NCBI RefSeq assembly: GCF_000011465.1 | Contig: NC_005072.1 | Coordinates: 270,001-302,000 of the forward strand | DNA from: Prochlorococcus marinus subsp. pastoris str. CCMP1986 | Lineage (GTDB): Bacteria > Cyanobacteriota > Cyanobacteriia > PCC-6307 > Cyanobiaceae | Direction of reading: 5' to 3' | DNA length: 32,000 bases | Shown: piece after piece, positions 17,455-26,459 of the stretch | Position numbering within the stretch: position 1 is the stretch's first letter | Layout: the number at the start of each line of letters is the position of its first letter | The notes under the pieces: model-generated | Told to the model about the DNA's origin: nothing | The model's input: only the letters and a program-made list of their open reading frames with translations | Databases searched by the model: none | Program-made: the position numbers and the translations under genes

Positions 17455-19623
17455 ATGACTATTAATCATCTAGTACTAATTGGAGGCGGACATACAAATG
17501 TTCTTTTGATGAGAAAATGGTTGATGTATCCGAAATTAATGCCAGAAATCCCTATCTCAATTATATCCAGAGATACTCAGTTAGTTTATTCGGCTATGTT
17601 CCCTTCTGTTATTTCTAAAGCAATTTCTTTAGATGAAAGCCTAATCGATATTAGATCCTTAGCTAAAAAGTCAAGAGTAGCTTTCATAAAAGGAGAGGTA
17701 ATTAATATTGATTTTAAGTTAAAAAAAATTTTTTTAAAAAATAGACCATCAATTTGTTACTCAAAATTAGTCCTTAATTATGGAAGTCAAACCAAAATTT
17801 CAGGAGAATTTGAAGATTTAGTCAATAATCAAACTGCTTTCCCAATTAAACCTTTTTTCAAGGCTTATGAGTTAATTAAAAACGAAGATGAGCATGATTC
17901 TGAAACTGAACAATCTTTTGTAATTGTAGGAAGTGGACTTGCAGCAATTGAAATTGTTTTTGCCTTGAGAAAAAGATGGAAAAAAAGATCTTTAAAAATT
18001 TTATGCAAATTAAATAAAGTAAATGATAAAATCTTAAAAACTTTTTACAAATCGAATATAGAAGTAGTTGGCAAACTTCCTGTTGACTATGGAAAGATTC
18101 TCTTATGTACAGGAAACTCATCACCATATTGGGTACAAAAATATAATTCAGAATTGGATTCAAAAGGACGATTTTTTACAGATCAGAAATTAAGGTTGAA
18201 AAATTTTTTCGGAACTTTTGCAACTGGTGATTGCGCAGTCATAAAAACCTCTAAGAGACCTTCTTCTGGAATATTTGCAGTAAAAGTGTTAAATATATTG
18301 GCAACTAATATTCAGAAGGAAATAAAAGGTGAATCATTAAAAAAATGGTCTCCTCAAAAATTTGGATTGCAAATAGTAAATTCTTATCCTAGAAAGCTTC
18401 CGAAAGCTTTTGCTTTTTATGGTGATTTTGTTATTGGGCCTTCTTTTCTGATTTGGTATCTTAAAAATAAAATTGATGAAGGCTTCATAAAGAAATTTCG
18501 TATTTTAGATTCGAATATGAGTCAAAAAGTCAACGAAGGTGGGATGGAAGAATGTAGAGGGTGTGCCGCTAAAATTCCTCAAAGCATTTTAAATAAATCC
18601 TTAAGAAGTGCTCAACTTGAAAATTTTGCAACTTCTCCTGAGGATTCTGTTGAAATTTATAAAAATAATCAAGATATTATTCTTCAAAGTGTTGATGGAT
18701 TTCCGGCGTTGATAAGCGATCCTTGGCTAAATGCAAAAATTACCGTGTTACATGCTTGCTCAGATTTATGGGCTTGCGGAGTAAAACTTTCATCTGCACA
18801 GGCCTTAATATCTCTTCCAAAAGTAGGAAAAGATTTTCAAAGCTTCCTTTTTTCTCATTGTCTAAAAGGGATAAAAACAACAGTTGAAGAACAAGGGGGT
18901 AAGTTAATTGGAGGGCATACTTTTGAGTCAAGAAGTTTAGTTGATCAACCTTATTCTTTAGGAATAGATATTTCTTTAACTGTTCAGGGAGTTTTGAAAA
19001 ATGGAGCAAAACCATGGTTAAAATCCGGTATGAAAAAAGGAGATATTATACTAATGTCAAGACCTCTAGGCGTGGGAATTTTTTTTGCTGCTCAAATGCA
19101 AAATATTAATTTGAAAGATAGTTCAGAGGAGATAATGAGAAATTTAGTTACAAGTCAGCAACCATTAATTGATAAAATTTATTTGCTTCAAGATAAGTTT
19201 GGAGAAACATTTATAAATGCAGCTACTGATGTAACTGGCTATGGATTTATAGGTCACCTTAAAGAGATGATCGATTCATCTAATTTATTAAGGAAAGATA
19301 ATAAGCTAAAACCTATTAGGGTTTTATTAGATTTATTTGCATTTAAAGCTTATCCAGGAGTATTTGATTTAATACACAAAGGAATCAAAAGTTCTCTATT
19401 CGAATCGAATAAAGAAATATTTGATCAAATTATTGCAGAAAAACGTAATGATAGAATTATCGCATTTTCAAAAAAAAATAAAGTTAATAGTGAAAGCTTT
19501 AAAGAAAAAATCTCATTATTATTAGATCCACAAACTTGTGGCCCTCTTTTGATATGTTGTGCTCCTAAGTATGAAAAATTTTTAAAGGATGAATGGTATA
19601 AGGTTGGAGAAGTAATAAATTGA
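17455..19623 (+). CDS. selD: Fusion protein: NDH-2-like FAD/NAD(P)-binding pyridine nucleotide oxidoreductase domain plus selenide, water dikinase (selenophosphate synthetase)
   Basis: The N-terminal half has two Rossmann motifs (LVLIGGGHTNV and FVIVGSGLAAIEIVFAL) and ATGDCAV. The C-terminal half has the SelD loop ECRGCAAKIPQSIL (Cys...Lys spacing as in GCGCK of E. coli SelD), SVDGFPA, HACSDLWACG, GGKLIGGHT, MSRPLGVG and ATDVTGYGFIGHL. Start placed at ATG 17455 (MTINHLVLIGGG). Confidence 0.85.
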   Translation: MTINHLVLIGGGHTNVLLMRKWLMYPKLMPEIPISIISRDTQLVYSAMFPSVISKAISLDESLIDIRSLAKKSRVAFIKGEVINIDFKLKKIFLKNRPSICYSKLVLNYGSQTKISGEFEDLVNNQTAFPIKPFFKAYELIKNEDEHDSETEQSFVIVGSGLAAIEIVFALRKRWKKRSLKILCKLNKVNDKILKTFYKSNIEVVGKLPVDYGKILLCTGNSSPYWVQKYNSELDSKGRFFTDQKLRLKNFFGTFATGDCAVIKTSKRPSSGIFAVKVLNILATNIQKEIKGESLKKWSPQKFGLQIVNSYPRKLPKAFAFYGDFVIGPSFLIWYLKNKIDEGFIKKFRILDSNMSQKVNEGGMEECRGCAAKIPQSILNKSLRSAQLENFATSPEDSVEIYKNNQDIILQSVDGFPALISDPWLNAKITVLHACSDLWACGVKLSSAQALISLPKVGKDFQSFLFSHCLKGIKTTVEEQGGKLIGGHTFESRSLVDQPYSLGIDISLTVQGVLKNGAKPWLKSGMKKGDIILMSRPLGVGIFFAAQMQNINLKDSSEEIMRNLVTSQQPLIDKIYLLQDKFGETFINAATDVTGYGFIGHLKEMIDSSNLLRKDNKLKPIRVLLDLFAFKAYPGVFDLIHKGIKSSLFESNKEIFDQIIAEKRNDRIIAFSKKNKVNSESFKEKISLLLDPQTCGPLLICCAPKYEKFLKDEWYKVGEVIN

Positions 19624-19626
19624 TAG

Positions 19627-20874
19627 TTATTTCTTTTTGGTCTTATCGATCTCTAAATATCTCAACCTTTTAATTTCATCCCCCATTTCTTTCCCCGGTT
19701 GCCATCCTTCACTTTTTAAAAATTCTCCACTTTTTTTTGACTTAATAAATTTATAAACAAATAGCCATTTAAAAAAAGATTTCCAAAATAAACCCTCATT
19801 GCAAATTAATAATTTCACTGTCTCGTCATCTAAATTTTTTGTTTCAATAAATTCAGTCCATTGCGAGGGAGTTAAATAGAGAAATTTTTCTTTTTCATTA
19901 TCTAATTGATTTGTGATATTTAAGTAATCTTTGAGAATCTTCTTTTCCTTGCTATTAATAAAAAATCTTTGACAAGTAAGCTCTAAATTTTCTGAATTTT
20001 TTAATAGGTATAGAATATAATTACCTTTTAGTTTTTTAATCCACTTTAAACCTCTTAAAAATTTATTATTTATACTAATATTTTTATTTAGAATAGAAAT
20101 AATTTCCCAATCATTTAATAAAGAAACTATTTTTGCGAGATTATCGTATTTGTATATTTCTGCCAATTCCATTCTGATTCTTATACTTATACCAGGCGGA
20201 AATTTAGATTTAACATCATCCTTCATCATATCCCAGGGCCATCTTTGGATAGTTTTTTGCGATTGTTGAAGTGATTTACTTGAAATTTTAAAATCTAATC
20301 TTGAAGCATATCTTGCGCATCTTATTAATCTACTAGGGTCATCTTGAATACTATTTTCATGCAGCAAATGCAATTCTTTTTCTTGTATATGTTTTATACC
20401 ATCAAAGAAATCATAAATTTCTTGCTTTGAGAATTCAAAAGCTATTGCATTTATACTAAAATCTCTCCTTTTTAAATCCTCTTTAATATTTGCATGTTTT
20501 ACGATTGGATTTAATCCTGGAGCCTCATACTTCTCTTTTCTTGCAGAAGCTATATCAATTTTTAAATCATTAATATTTAGTTCTACAGTGTCGTATATTT
20601 CAAATTCTTTTATCAAACAAAGTTCAACATTTGAGATATTTTTTTTTATGAATTTTGCTAAATCAACAGAAGATCCTTCTGTAACTATATCAATATCAAG
20701 TGGATTGAAAAAAGTCTTTTTATGAATTTTAGTGATTAATAAATCTCTTATATAGCCACCCACAATTGCAACTTTAACGCTACTATTCAATTCAATATAC
20801 TGAGAAATTATATTAAATAAATTAAAAGGAATTTTTAATATTGCTGAATTTATATAAGCAGAAATATCATTCAT
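19627..20874 (-). CDS. tRNA nucleotidyltransferase / poly(A) polymerase family protein (CCA-adding-like)
   Basis: Head-domain motifs VAIVGGYIRDLL, LDIDIV and KRRDFSINAIAF. The C-terminal body is Lys/Asn-rich and poorly conserved. Starts 7 nt downstream of the uvrD stop. Confidence 0.8.
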   Translation of the reverse strand: MNDISAYINSAILKIPFNLFNIISQYIELNSSVKVAIVGGYIRDLLITKIHKKTFFNPLDIDIVTEGSSVDLAKFIKKNISNVELCLIKEFEIYDTVELNINDLKIDIASARKEKYEAPGLNPIVKHANIKEDLKRRDFSINAIAFEFSKQEIYDFFDGIKHIQEKELHLLHENSIQDDPSRLIRCARYASRLDFKISSKSLQQSQKTIQRWPWDMMKDDVKSKFPPGISIRIRMELAEIYKYDNLAKIVSLLNDWEIISILNKNISINNKFLRGLKWIKKLKGNYILYLLKNSENLELTCQRFFINSKEKKILKDYLNITNQLDNEKEKFLYLTPSQWTEFIETKNLDDETVKLLICNEGLFWKSFFKWLFVYKFIKSKKSGEFLKSEGWQPGKEMGDEIKRLRYLEIDKTKKK

Positions 20875-20881
20875 GCAAATT

Positions 20882-23290
20882 TCAGTTTATTGCTCTTATT
20901 GGAGCTAATCTTGGGTCTAAAATTTTGCTCCCTTTATCACCAAACTTTACTGCTAAGGATATTTTTTCGCCACTGCCAAAAATATGTATAATTTCACCTT
21001 TGCCAAATTTAGAGTGAATTACTTTATCTCCAATCAACCAACTTTTTCCTTTACTGGGTCCTGAATATAGTTTTCTTACTGCATTTATAGGTCTATTAAT
21101 AGATTCATTTAAATCTTTTCTATCCACTCTTGTTAAACGGTCAAGATGACGATCCCTTCTGATAGAAGCACCACCTGATTGAGGTAATTCCCCGTCAATT
21201 AGTTCCTCTGGTATTTCTGAGAGAAATATTGAAGGAATTGTTGCTTCTCGCATGCCTCCCCACAATCTTCTCTCTCTCGCATGTGATAAGAAAACTCTCT
21301 CTTTAGCTCTTGTTATGCCTACATAGCATAATCTTCTTTCTTCTTCTAGAAGAGAAGGAGTATCAATTGACCTGTGGCTTGGAAATAAACCTTGTTCTAG
21401 TCCAGTTATAAATACATTTTGAAATTCTAATCCTTTACTGTTATGGAGAGTCATTAAAGTGACAGAATTAGGATGATTTTTTTTTGTATCATTGTCTGTT
21501 GTTAAAGCTGCTGTTGACAAGAATCCCTCTACATCTGGGTTCTCGGTCTCTTCTTCAAATTGAGTAGCAGCATTTATTAATTCCTGAAGATTATTTCTTC
21601 TATCCTCAGATTCCTCTGAACCACTTGTTAATAAATCACTTAAGTAACCGCTTTTTTCTAGAATTAATTGAAGAATTTGAGCAGGCCCCGAGTTTTCTAT
21701 ATAGCAAAGAAGGTCATTCATAAGCTCTGTGAATTTATTAATGCCCTTTGATGATCTGCCTATAGTCTCATCTAAGCTTTGTTTGTCATTTATGACCTCC
21801 CATAAAGGAATGTTCAACTTATTTGATAGCTCATTAAGCTTTTGAATAGTTGTTTTTCCTATTCCCCTTCTTGGGACATTTATTATTCTTAAAAGGCTTA
21901 TATTATCTGAAGAATTTACTAAGACTTTTAAATAAGCAACAGCATCTTTTACTTCTCTTCTGTCATAAAAACGTAATCCGCCAAAGATTGTATATGGAAT
22001 TCTCCACCTTACAAGAGATTCTTCTAATACTCTCGACTGAGCCCTAGTTCTATAGAGGATTGCAAAATTTTTCCAGATTGGTTGATTATTGTAATTATTT
22101 AGAGACCTTAATTTTGTTGTTATTGCCTCAGCTTCAGATATCTCATCATCACAGCTAAGCAACTTTAAAAGTTCTCCTTCCTCCCTTGTAGACCTTAAAA
22201 CTTTATCAATTCTTTCAGTATTATTTTCAATCAAAGAGTTTGCAGCGGTAAGAATATTTGATGAAGATCTATAGTTTTCTTCTAATTTAACCAGAGAGGC
22301 TTTCTGATTATTATTAGATGAATTTTTAAAGTCTTCCTGAAATCCAATTAATATTCTGAAATCTGCTGCCCTAAAACTATAAATACTTTGATCCGCATCT
22401 CCGACAACAAAAATTGATCTATCATTCCATTCGCAAAATTTGTTTGGTTCAGTATTCCCAGCCGTAATTAATTTAATCAGTTCATATTGTGTCCTATTTG
22501 TATCTTGATATTCATCAACTAATACATGCTGGAATCTTTTATGCCAGTAATCCCTAACTAAATCATTTTGCCTTAATAAAAACACAGGAAGTAGTAGAAG
22601 ATCATCAAAGTCTAAAGCATTATTTTTTGAGAGAGATATCCTATATCTTCTGTAAGCATCTGCAATTACTTTATCAAAATGATTATCAGCTTTTTCTTCA
22701 AGGTCATTAGCTGTAAAACATTGATTTTTTGCGTTACTAATAGCCCTCTTAATTTTCTTAGGATCAAATCTTTTTGGATCAAGACTCATATCTTGACCAA
22801 CAATTTCTTTTACTAGGGTCTGAGAATCTGTCTCGTCATAAATAGAAAATTGTCGTGTCCAGGTTAGGCCTTCAGGATCTTGATATTTTTCTATATCGTA
22901 TCTTAAAAGTCTCGAAAATAATGCATGAAAAGTTCCTATCCATAGGTCCCTCAGTCTCTCTTGATCAATATTTGTTCTTAATTGATTCTGGTCAAATTCC
23001 TTGAGGGTTGACCAAGGCTGCCCAAATTGATTTAAAGCTATTTCTTGCGCAAGTAGTACTTGAAGTCTTGCTTTCATTTCTTTAGCAGCTTTATTTGTAA
23101 AAGTTACTGCGAGAATGTTATGGGGATCTACAGAGTTATTCTCAATTAAATTAGCAATTCTATGAGTAAGAGCCTTGGTTTTCCCACTACCTGCACCTGC
23201 TACAACTAGCAGTGGCCCATTGATATGTTTTACAGCGTTTAGTTGTGCATTATTTAAGGATTTAAAAAGGAAGTTGTTAGTTTGATGCAC
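20882..23290 (-). CDS. uvrD: ATP-dependent DNA helicase, UvrD/PcrA (SF1) family
   Basis: 802-aa ORF with Walker A AGAGSGKTKALTHR, TFTNKAAKEM, VLVDEYQDTN, VGDADQSIYSFRAA, NYRS, TLHNSKGLEF and CYVGITRAK. Confidence 0.93.
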   Translation of the reverse strand: MHQTNNFLFKSLNNAQLNAVKHINGPLLVVAGAGSGKTKALTHRIANLIENNSVDPHNILAVTFTNKAAKEMKARLQVLLAQEIALNQFGQPWSTLKEFDQNQLRTNIDQERLRDLWIGTFHALFSRLLRYDIEKYQDPEGLTWTRQFSIYDETDSQTLVKEIVGQDMSLDPKRFDPKKIKRAISNAKNQCFTANDLEEKADNHFDKVIADAYRRYRISLSKNNALDFDDLLLLPVFLLRQNDLVRDYWHKRFQHVLVDEYQDTNRTQYELIKLITAGNTEPNKFCEWNDRSIFVVGDADQSIYSFRAADFRILIGFQEDFKNSSNNNQKASLVKLEENYRSSSNILTAANSLIENNTERIDKVLRSTREEGELLKLLSCDDEISEAEAITTKLRSLNNYNNQPIWKNFAILYRTRAQSRVLEESLVRWRIPYTIFGGLRFYDRREVKDAVAYLKVLVNSSDNISLLRIINVPRRGIGKTTIQKLNELSNKLNIPLWEVINDKQSLDETIGRSSKGINKFTELMNDLLCYIENSGPAQILQLILEKSGYLSDLLTSGSEESEDRRNNLQELINAATQFEEETENPDVEGFLSTAALTTDNDTKKNHPNSVTLMTLHNSKGLEFQNVFITGLEQGLFPSHRSIDTPSLLEEERRLCYVGITRAKERVFLSHARERRLWGGMREATIPSIFLSEIPEELIDGELPQSGGASIRRDRHLDRLTRVDRKDLNESINRPINAVRKLYSGPSKGKSWLIGDKVIHSKFGKGEIIHIFGSGEKISLAVKFGDKGSKILDPRLAPIRAIN

Positions 23291-23328
23291 TTTTTATAGG
23301 TTGTATTATTAAAAATTTTTACCTTACT

Positions 23329-23529
23329 TTAATTTGAAGATTGAGGGTTAGTCTCTAATTCTTGTAATGCTTTTTTTAGGTTTATTAGTTCATTATTATT
23401 ATTGATAATTTCTTCGAACTTATTCTGAGGCATTTTTAATTTAACACTTCTCTTAAGAATTTCTTTTTCTAATCTTTTTTTATAAGAAGAAACAAGTTTT
23501 TTTGATAATTTTAATTCTTGTTTATCCAA
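23329..23529 (-). CDS. Hypothetical small basic coiled-coil protein (66 aa)
   Basis: ATG-initiated ORF 38 nt upstream of uvrD on the same strand. Lys/Glu/Leu heptad-like composition with no recognisable motif. Composition is close to what AT-rich noise can give, so coding status is uncertain. Confidence 0.4.
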   Translation of the reverse strand: MDKQELKLSKKLVSSYKKRLEKEILKRSVKLKMPQNKFEEIINNNNELINLKKALQELETNPQSSN

Positions 23530-23709
23530 AGTTTTAAAGAATAATAATTCTATCTTAGCTAAAAATTTTTTTTATTTACAGTATTTGGAATATCACTTCA
23601 AAATGTAGTTTTTGATTAAGAACCATTTCGTTTGTTTTAAGAGTTAATTATTTTAATTTGCTCTGATCTAATATAAATAAGTAGAAATTTCAAGTTTTTA
23701 AATTTAAGA

Positions 23710-24237
23710 ATGACAGTTTCAAAGAGTAATCAAATTTTATCAAATGATAGAGATTTAGAAAATATAAGTAATAAAAATATTGAAGACATAAAAGAATTTA
23801 TTAATACTGCAAACTCAAGATTAGATGCAATAGATTCAATAACAAATAATTCTCACGCAATTGCCGCTGATGCTGTGACTGCAATGATTTGTGAAAATCA
23901 AGATTCAGTTAATACAAAAATATCTTTAGATACCACCAATAAGATGTCTGTTTGTCTAAGAGATGGAGAAATAATTTTAAGGATTGTTTCTTACCTTTTG
24001 ATTTCTGATGACGAATCAGTTTTATCTAAAAACTGTTTAAAGGATCTTAAAAATACTTATTTGGCCCTTGGTGTACCTCTGAAAAATGCTATCCGAGTTT
24101 TTGAATTGATGAGAGATGCAACGATTTCTGATTTAAAGTCTACTGTAAATTCTATGAAAGGAGAAAAAGAATTTCTTTCTGATTTAATTTCTAATACAGA
24201 GTTTCAATTTGAGAGAATAATTAATCTTTTAAGATAG
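23710..24237 (+). CDS. cpeB: Phycoerythrin beta-subunit homologue, degenerate (Prochlorococcus high-light type)
   Basis: 175-aa globin-like phycobiliprotein. [44 protein letters not shown] and [15 protein letters not shown] align by eye with the beta-PE consensus ([49 protein letters not shown]). Confidence 0.88.
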
Positions 24238-24772
24238 ACATATTTCTTATCTCTGATGTGTGTGAGGTTTGTATTACGGTATTGTTTTCATTATTTCTAA
24301 TTACTGAATATCTGGATCTAATATGATTTGATAAAAAACAAATTCTCTCTTCAGAAGCTGTTGAACTATAAATAGTTTTAATATTTAAGTTCTCATTTTC
24401 ATCAATCAAATATTCTGATGATGAAATCACGGATTCAGTATATCCCTTATTACGTAGAACAATCCCCTTATTTTTATCCTTTGGTAAAAATAATAATATA
24501 GTTTTATCTTGTTCAATTTTTTGATCAATCTCCCAATCACTTATTGCCTTCCAACTTATTGATAATGCAATAAAAGAAGGTTTAGAGGTGTAATTATATT
24601 TTTCTAAAAGTCCTAAAACATTTTTATTATTGCTTTCTAACTCTTTTATTTCTATTTTGCTAGTTGAATTTTCAACTTCCTGAAAAGCCAAAGAGTGAGT
24701 GCTTCTTATGGATTTCCACTCTCCTAAACTTTTTTGAATAAATTGATTAATTGTTATTAGATTCTTCGTCAA
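24221..24772 (-). CDS. cpeS: CpeS-family phycobilin lyase homologue
   Basis: The N-terminal [23 protein letters not shown] matches the CpeS/CpcS xxFxxxSxGxWxSxRxxH signature, and the length (~180 aa) fits the lipocalin-like lyase family. There is no ATG upstream of the motif; the track start is TTG at 24772. Confidence 0.8.
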
Positions 24773-24926
24773 GTTTATCTTCTACTGAATGATTGGTAGC
24801 TTTTTGAATCATCCTTACCATAGAATCTACCATTAATCTTTTTGCAGAAGTCACTTTTAATCCGGAAGGTGTAGTTGATATTTGTTCTCCAGGACGATCG
24901 TATGATGTGGGTCTAAATGGAGTCAT
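24747..24926 (-). CDS. Candidate small protein (59 aa), function unknown
   Basis: Below the ORF-track length cut-off. Manual translation from ATG 24926 gives [59 protein letters not shown]-stop (TAA 24749-24747). The Pro/Arg/Gly/Thr-rich N-terminal half is locally G+C-richer than the flanks, which is atypical of non-coding DNA here. It overlaps the cpeS TTG start by 26 nt in another frame. Confidence 0.4.
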
Positions 24927-25041
24927 CTAAAAATTTTTAAAATCAACAGACTTTATTCTTACATGAATAGTCATTTTAATGTTGTTGTTTGCGAAAATGT
25001 TATATCTTTTATGAATGGTTTTAGGGTTATTTATTCTCGCC

Positions 25042-25677
25042 TTATTTTGGGATTTTTCTTTTTGCTAAACCTGAAACAGTTGCTAAAGCAAACATGCCTA
25101 AAAGAGCTATTCCCAGGAATAAACCTGCTCCCTGACTGACCCCAGCTCCAACAGCAACAAGAATTGAATCACTGATTAGAAGACTTATTAGTAAAGCTGG
25201 GGTGAATATTTTCCACCGAGTCCCTCCAATGCCGATTGCATAGCTGAGAAAATCAAAAAGTCCAGTCATAAGAAGACCTGTCATTAGGAAGAAATTTTCT
25301 TCTAATTGGTTTTGATTAAAACTTTCAATTCTTTTCATTGCTTTTGAGCCTACTAAACCACGTACAGGGCCACGACCAAAATATCTTGCTATGAAGAAAG
25401 CTGCTTGGCAAAAAACTATATCAGAAAAGACAATTGTTAAATAACCCTTTTGGAATCCTAATAAGGAGCCAGCCAAAAGTGAATAGGCCGAACTTGGTAG
25501 AGCAGGTAAAATTATACTTACTCCTCTAAGAACAAATATTCCAAAAGGTGCCCATATTCCCATACTCTCTACCTTGTTCCTTAGAGGTTCGATGCCATAG
25601 TTTTGTATGAAATAAATTAATACAATAAATATTGCTATAAAAAAAACTACCGAGAAGAATTTTTGAATTTTATTCAT
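25042..25677 (-). CDS. DedA/TVP38/TMEM64-family integral membrane protein
   Basis: 211 aa with about 5 hydrophobic helices and the family-typical core (ILPALPSSAYSLLAGSLLGFQKGY...FFIARYFGRGPVR). Confidence 0.72.
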   Translation of the reverse strand: MNKIQKFFSVVFFIAIFIVLIYFIQNYGIEPLRNKVESMGIWAPFGIFVLRGVSIILPALPSSAYSLLAGSLLGFQKGYLTIVFSDIVFCQAAFFIARYFGRGPVRGLVGSKAMKRIESFNQNQLEENFFLMTGLLMTGLFDFLSYAIGIGGTRWKIFTPALLISLLISDSILVAVGAGVSQGAGLFLGIALLGMFALATVSGLAKRKIPK

Positions 25678-25902
25678 TATTTTCAGAAAATTCCTTAAGA
25701 GCTAACTTTTTTAAATTAATATTTGATTCTATAATAAAAACACTAATCAACAAAAATTTTTACAAAGTTTTTATTCTTATTTTTTTCAATATAGATTTTA
25801 GGCAAACTTCATTAGTAAATTCTGAATCAAAATTGAAAATTAATAAGATATAGTTGTTAATTTTAAAATTCAATTTATTTATTTCTTATATTTGATTATT
25901 TT

Positions 25903-26322
25903 ATGATTCAAGCCAATAATAAATTTTCATCAATAGTTGTTGTCAATATTTTTTCTTTGGTTGTTTATATAATTTTCTCTTTTTGCATTTCAATAAAACA
26001 ATCATATGCTTTTTCTCATGAATGGGTTGGAGTCCCAATTAGTGAATACGGTGAACAATTATGGGATAGAAAGAGTATTAAAAGGAATGAAGATGGTTCT
26101 GTTAGAGTCTTGAGCAAATTTATTCCAAAAAATAAAAGTGAAATAACACAAGATATCTTATATACAATGGACATAAACTGTTTTGAGAAATCTTTTAGAG
26201 ATGTTAATGTTTTTGCAGATGAGAAAAATAGTCGTTTAAATAAGCTTGCTGATTGGCAAGATCCAAATGGAGACCAACTAATCTTGGGTGTGATTGCTCA
26301 AGTATGTAGAGTTGATAACTAA
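25903..26322 (+). CDS. Hypothetical exported protein (139 aa)
   Basis: N-terminal signal-like helix ending SYA-FS. The mature part (EWVGVP...LWDRKSIKRNEDGSVRV...MDINCFEKSF...QVCRV) has two Cys and resembles small periplasmic beta-rich domains. No catalytic motif recognised. Confidence 0.55.
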   Translation: MIQANNKFSSIVVVNIFSLVVYIIFSFCISIKQSYAFSHEWVGVPISEYGEQLWDRKSIKRNEDGSVRVLSKFIPKNKSEITQDILYTMDINCFEKSFRDVNVFADEKNSRLNKLADWQDPNGDQLILGVIAQVCRVDN

Positions 26323-26346
26323 AAATTTAAATTTTTAACTATTCAT

Positions 26347-26372
26347 AAAAAAAACCCGTCAAAGACAGGTTT
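26347..26372 (-). terminator. Rho-independent terminator downstream of tRNA-Phe
   Basis: The minus-strand RNA reads AAACCUGUC-UUU-GACGGGUUU followed by more U (8 U in total). The 9-bp stem includes one G-U pair. On the plus strand the same position is a C-A mismatch, so the hairpin is better on the minus strand. Confidence 0.75.
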
Positions 26373-26379
26373 ATAAAGG

Positions 26380-26452
26380 TGCCAGGACCCAGATTTGAAC
26401 TGGGGACACGGCGATTTTCAGTCGCCTGCTCTACCAACTGAGCTATCCCGGC
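26380..26452 (-). tRNA. trnF: tRNA-Phe (anticodon GAA)
   Basis: The reverse complement folds as a 73-nt cloverleaf: GCCGGGA-TA-GCTC-AGTTGGTA-GAGC-A-GGCGA-CTGAAAA-TCGCC-GTGTC-CCCAG-TTCAAAT-CTGGG-TCCTGGC-A. The genomic sequence continues CC-T, so 3' CCA is not fully encoded. Confidence 0.97.
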
Positions 26453-26459
26453 TCTAACT

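Noticed and set aside
25678-25902. 225-bp extremely AT-rich divergent spacer between the DedA-like gene and the 139-aa ORF, with an imperfect inverted repeat (AAATTGAAAATTAA ... TTAATTTTAAAATTCAATTT); considered as an ncRNA or mobile-element scar
   Set aside because: The arms need a 5-nt indel to align. There is no terminator, direct repeat or ORF fragment, so it is most simply two back-to-back AT-rich promoters.
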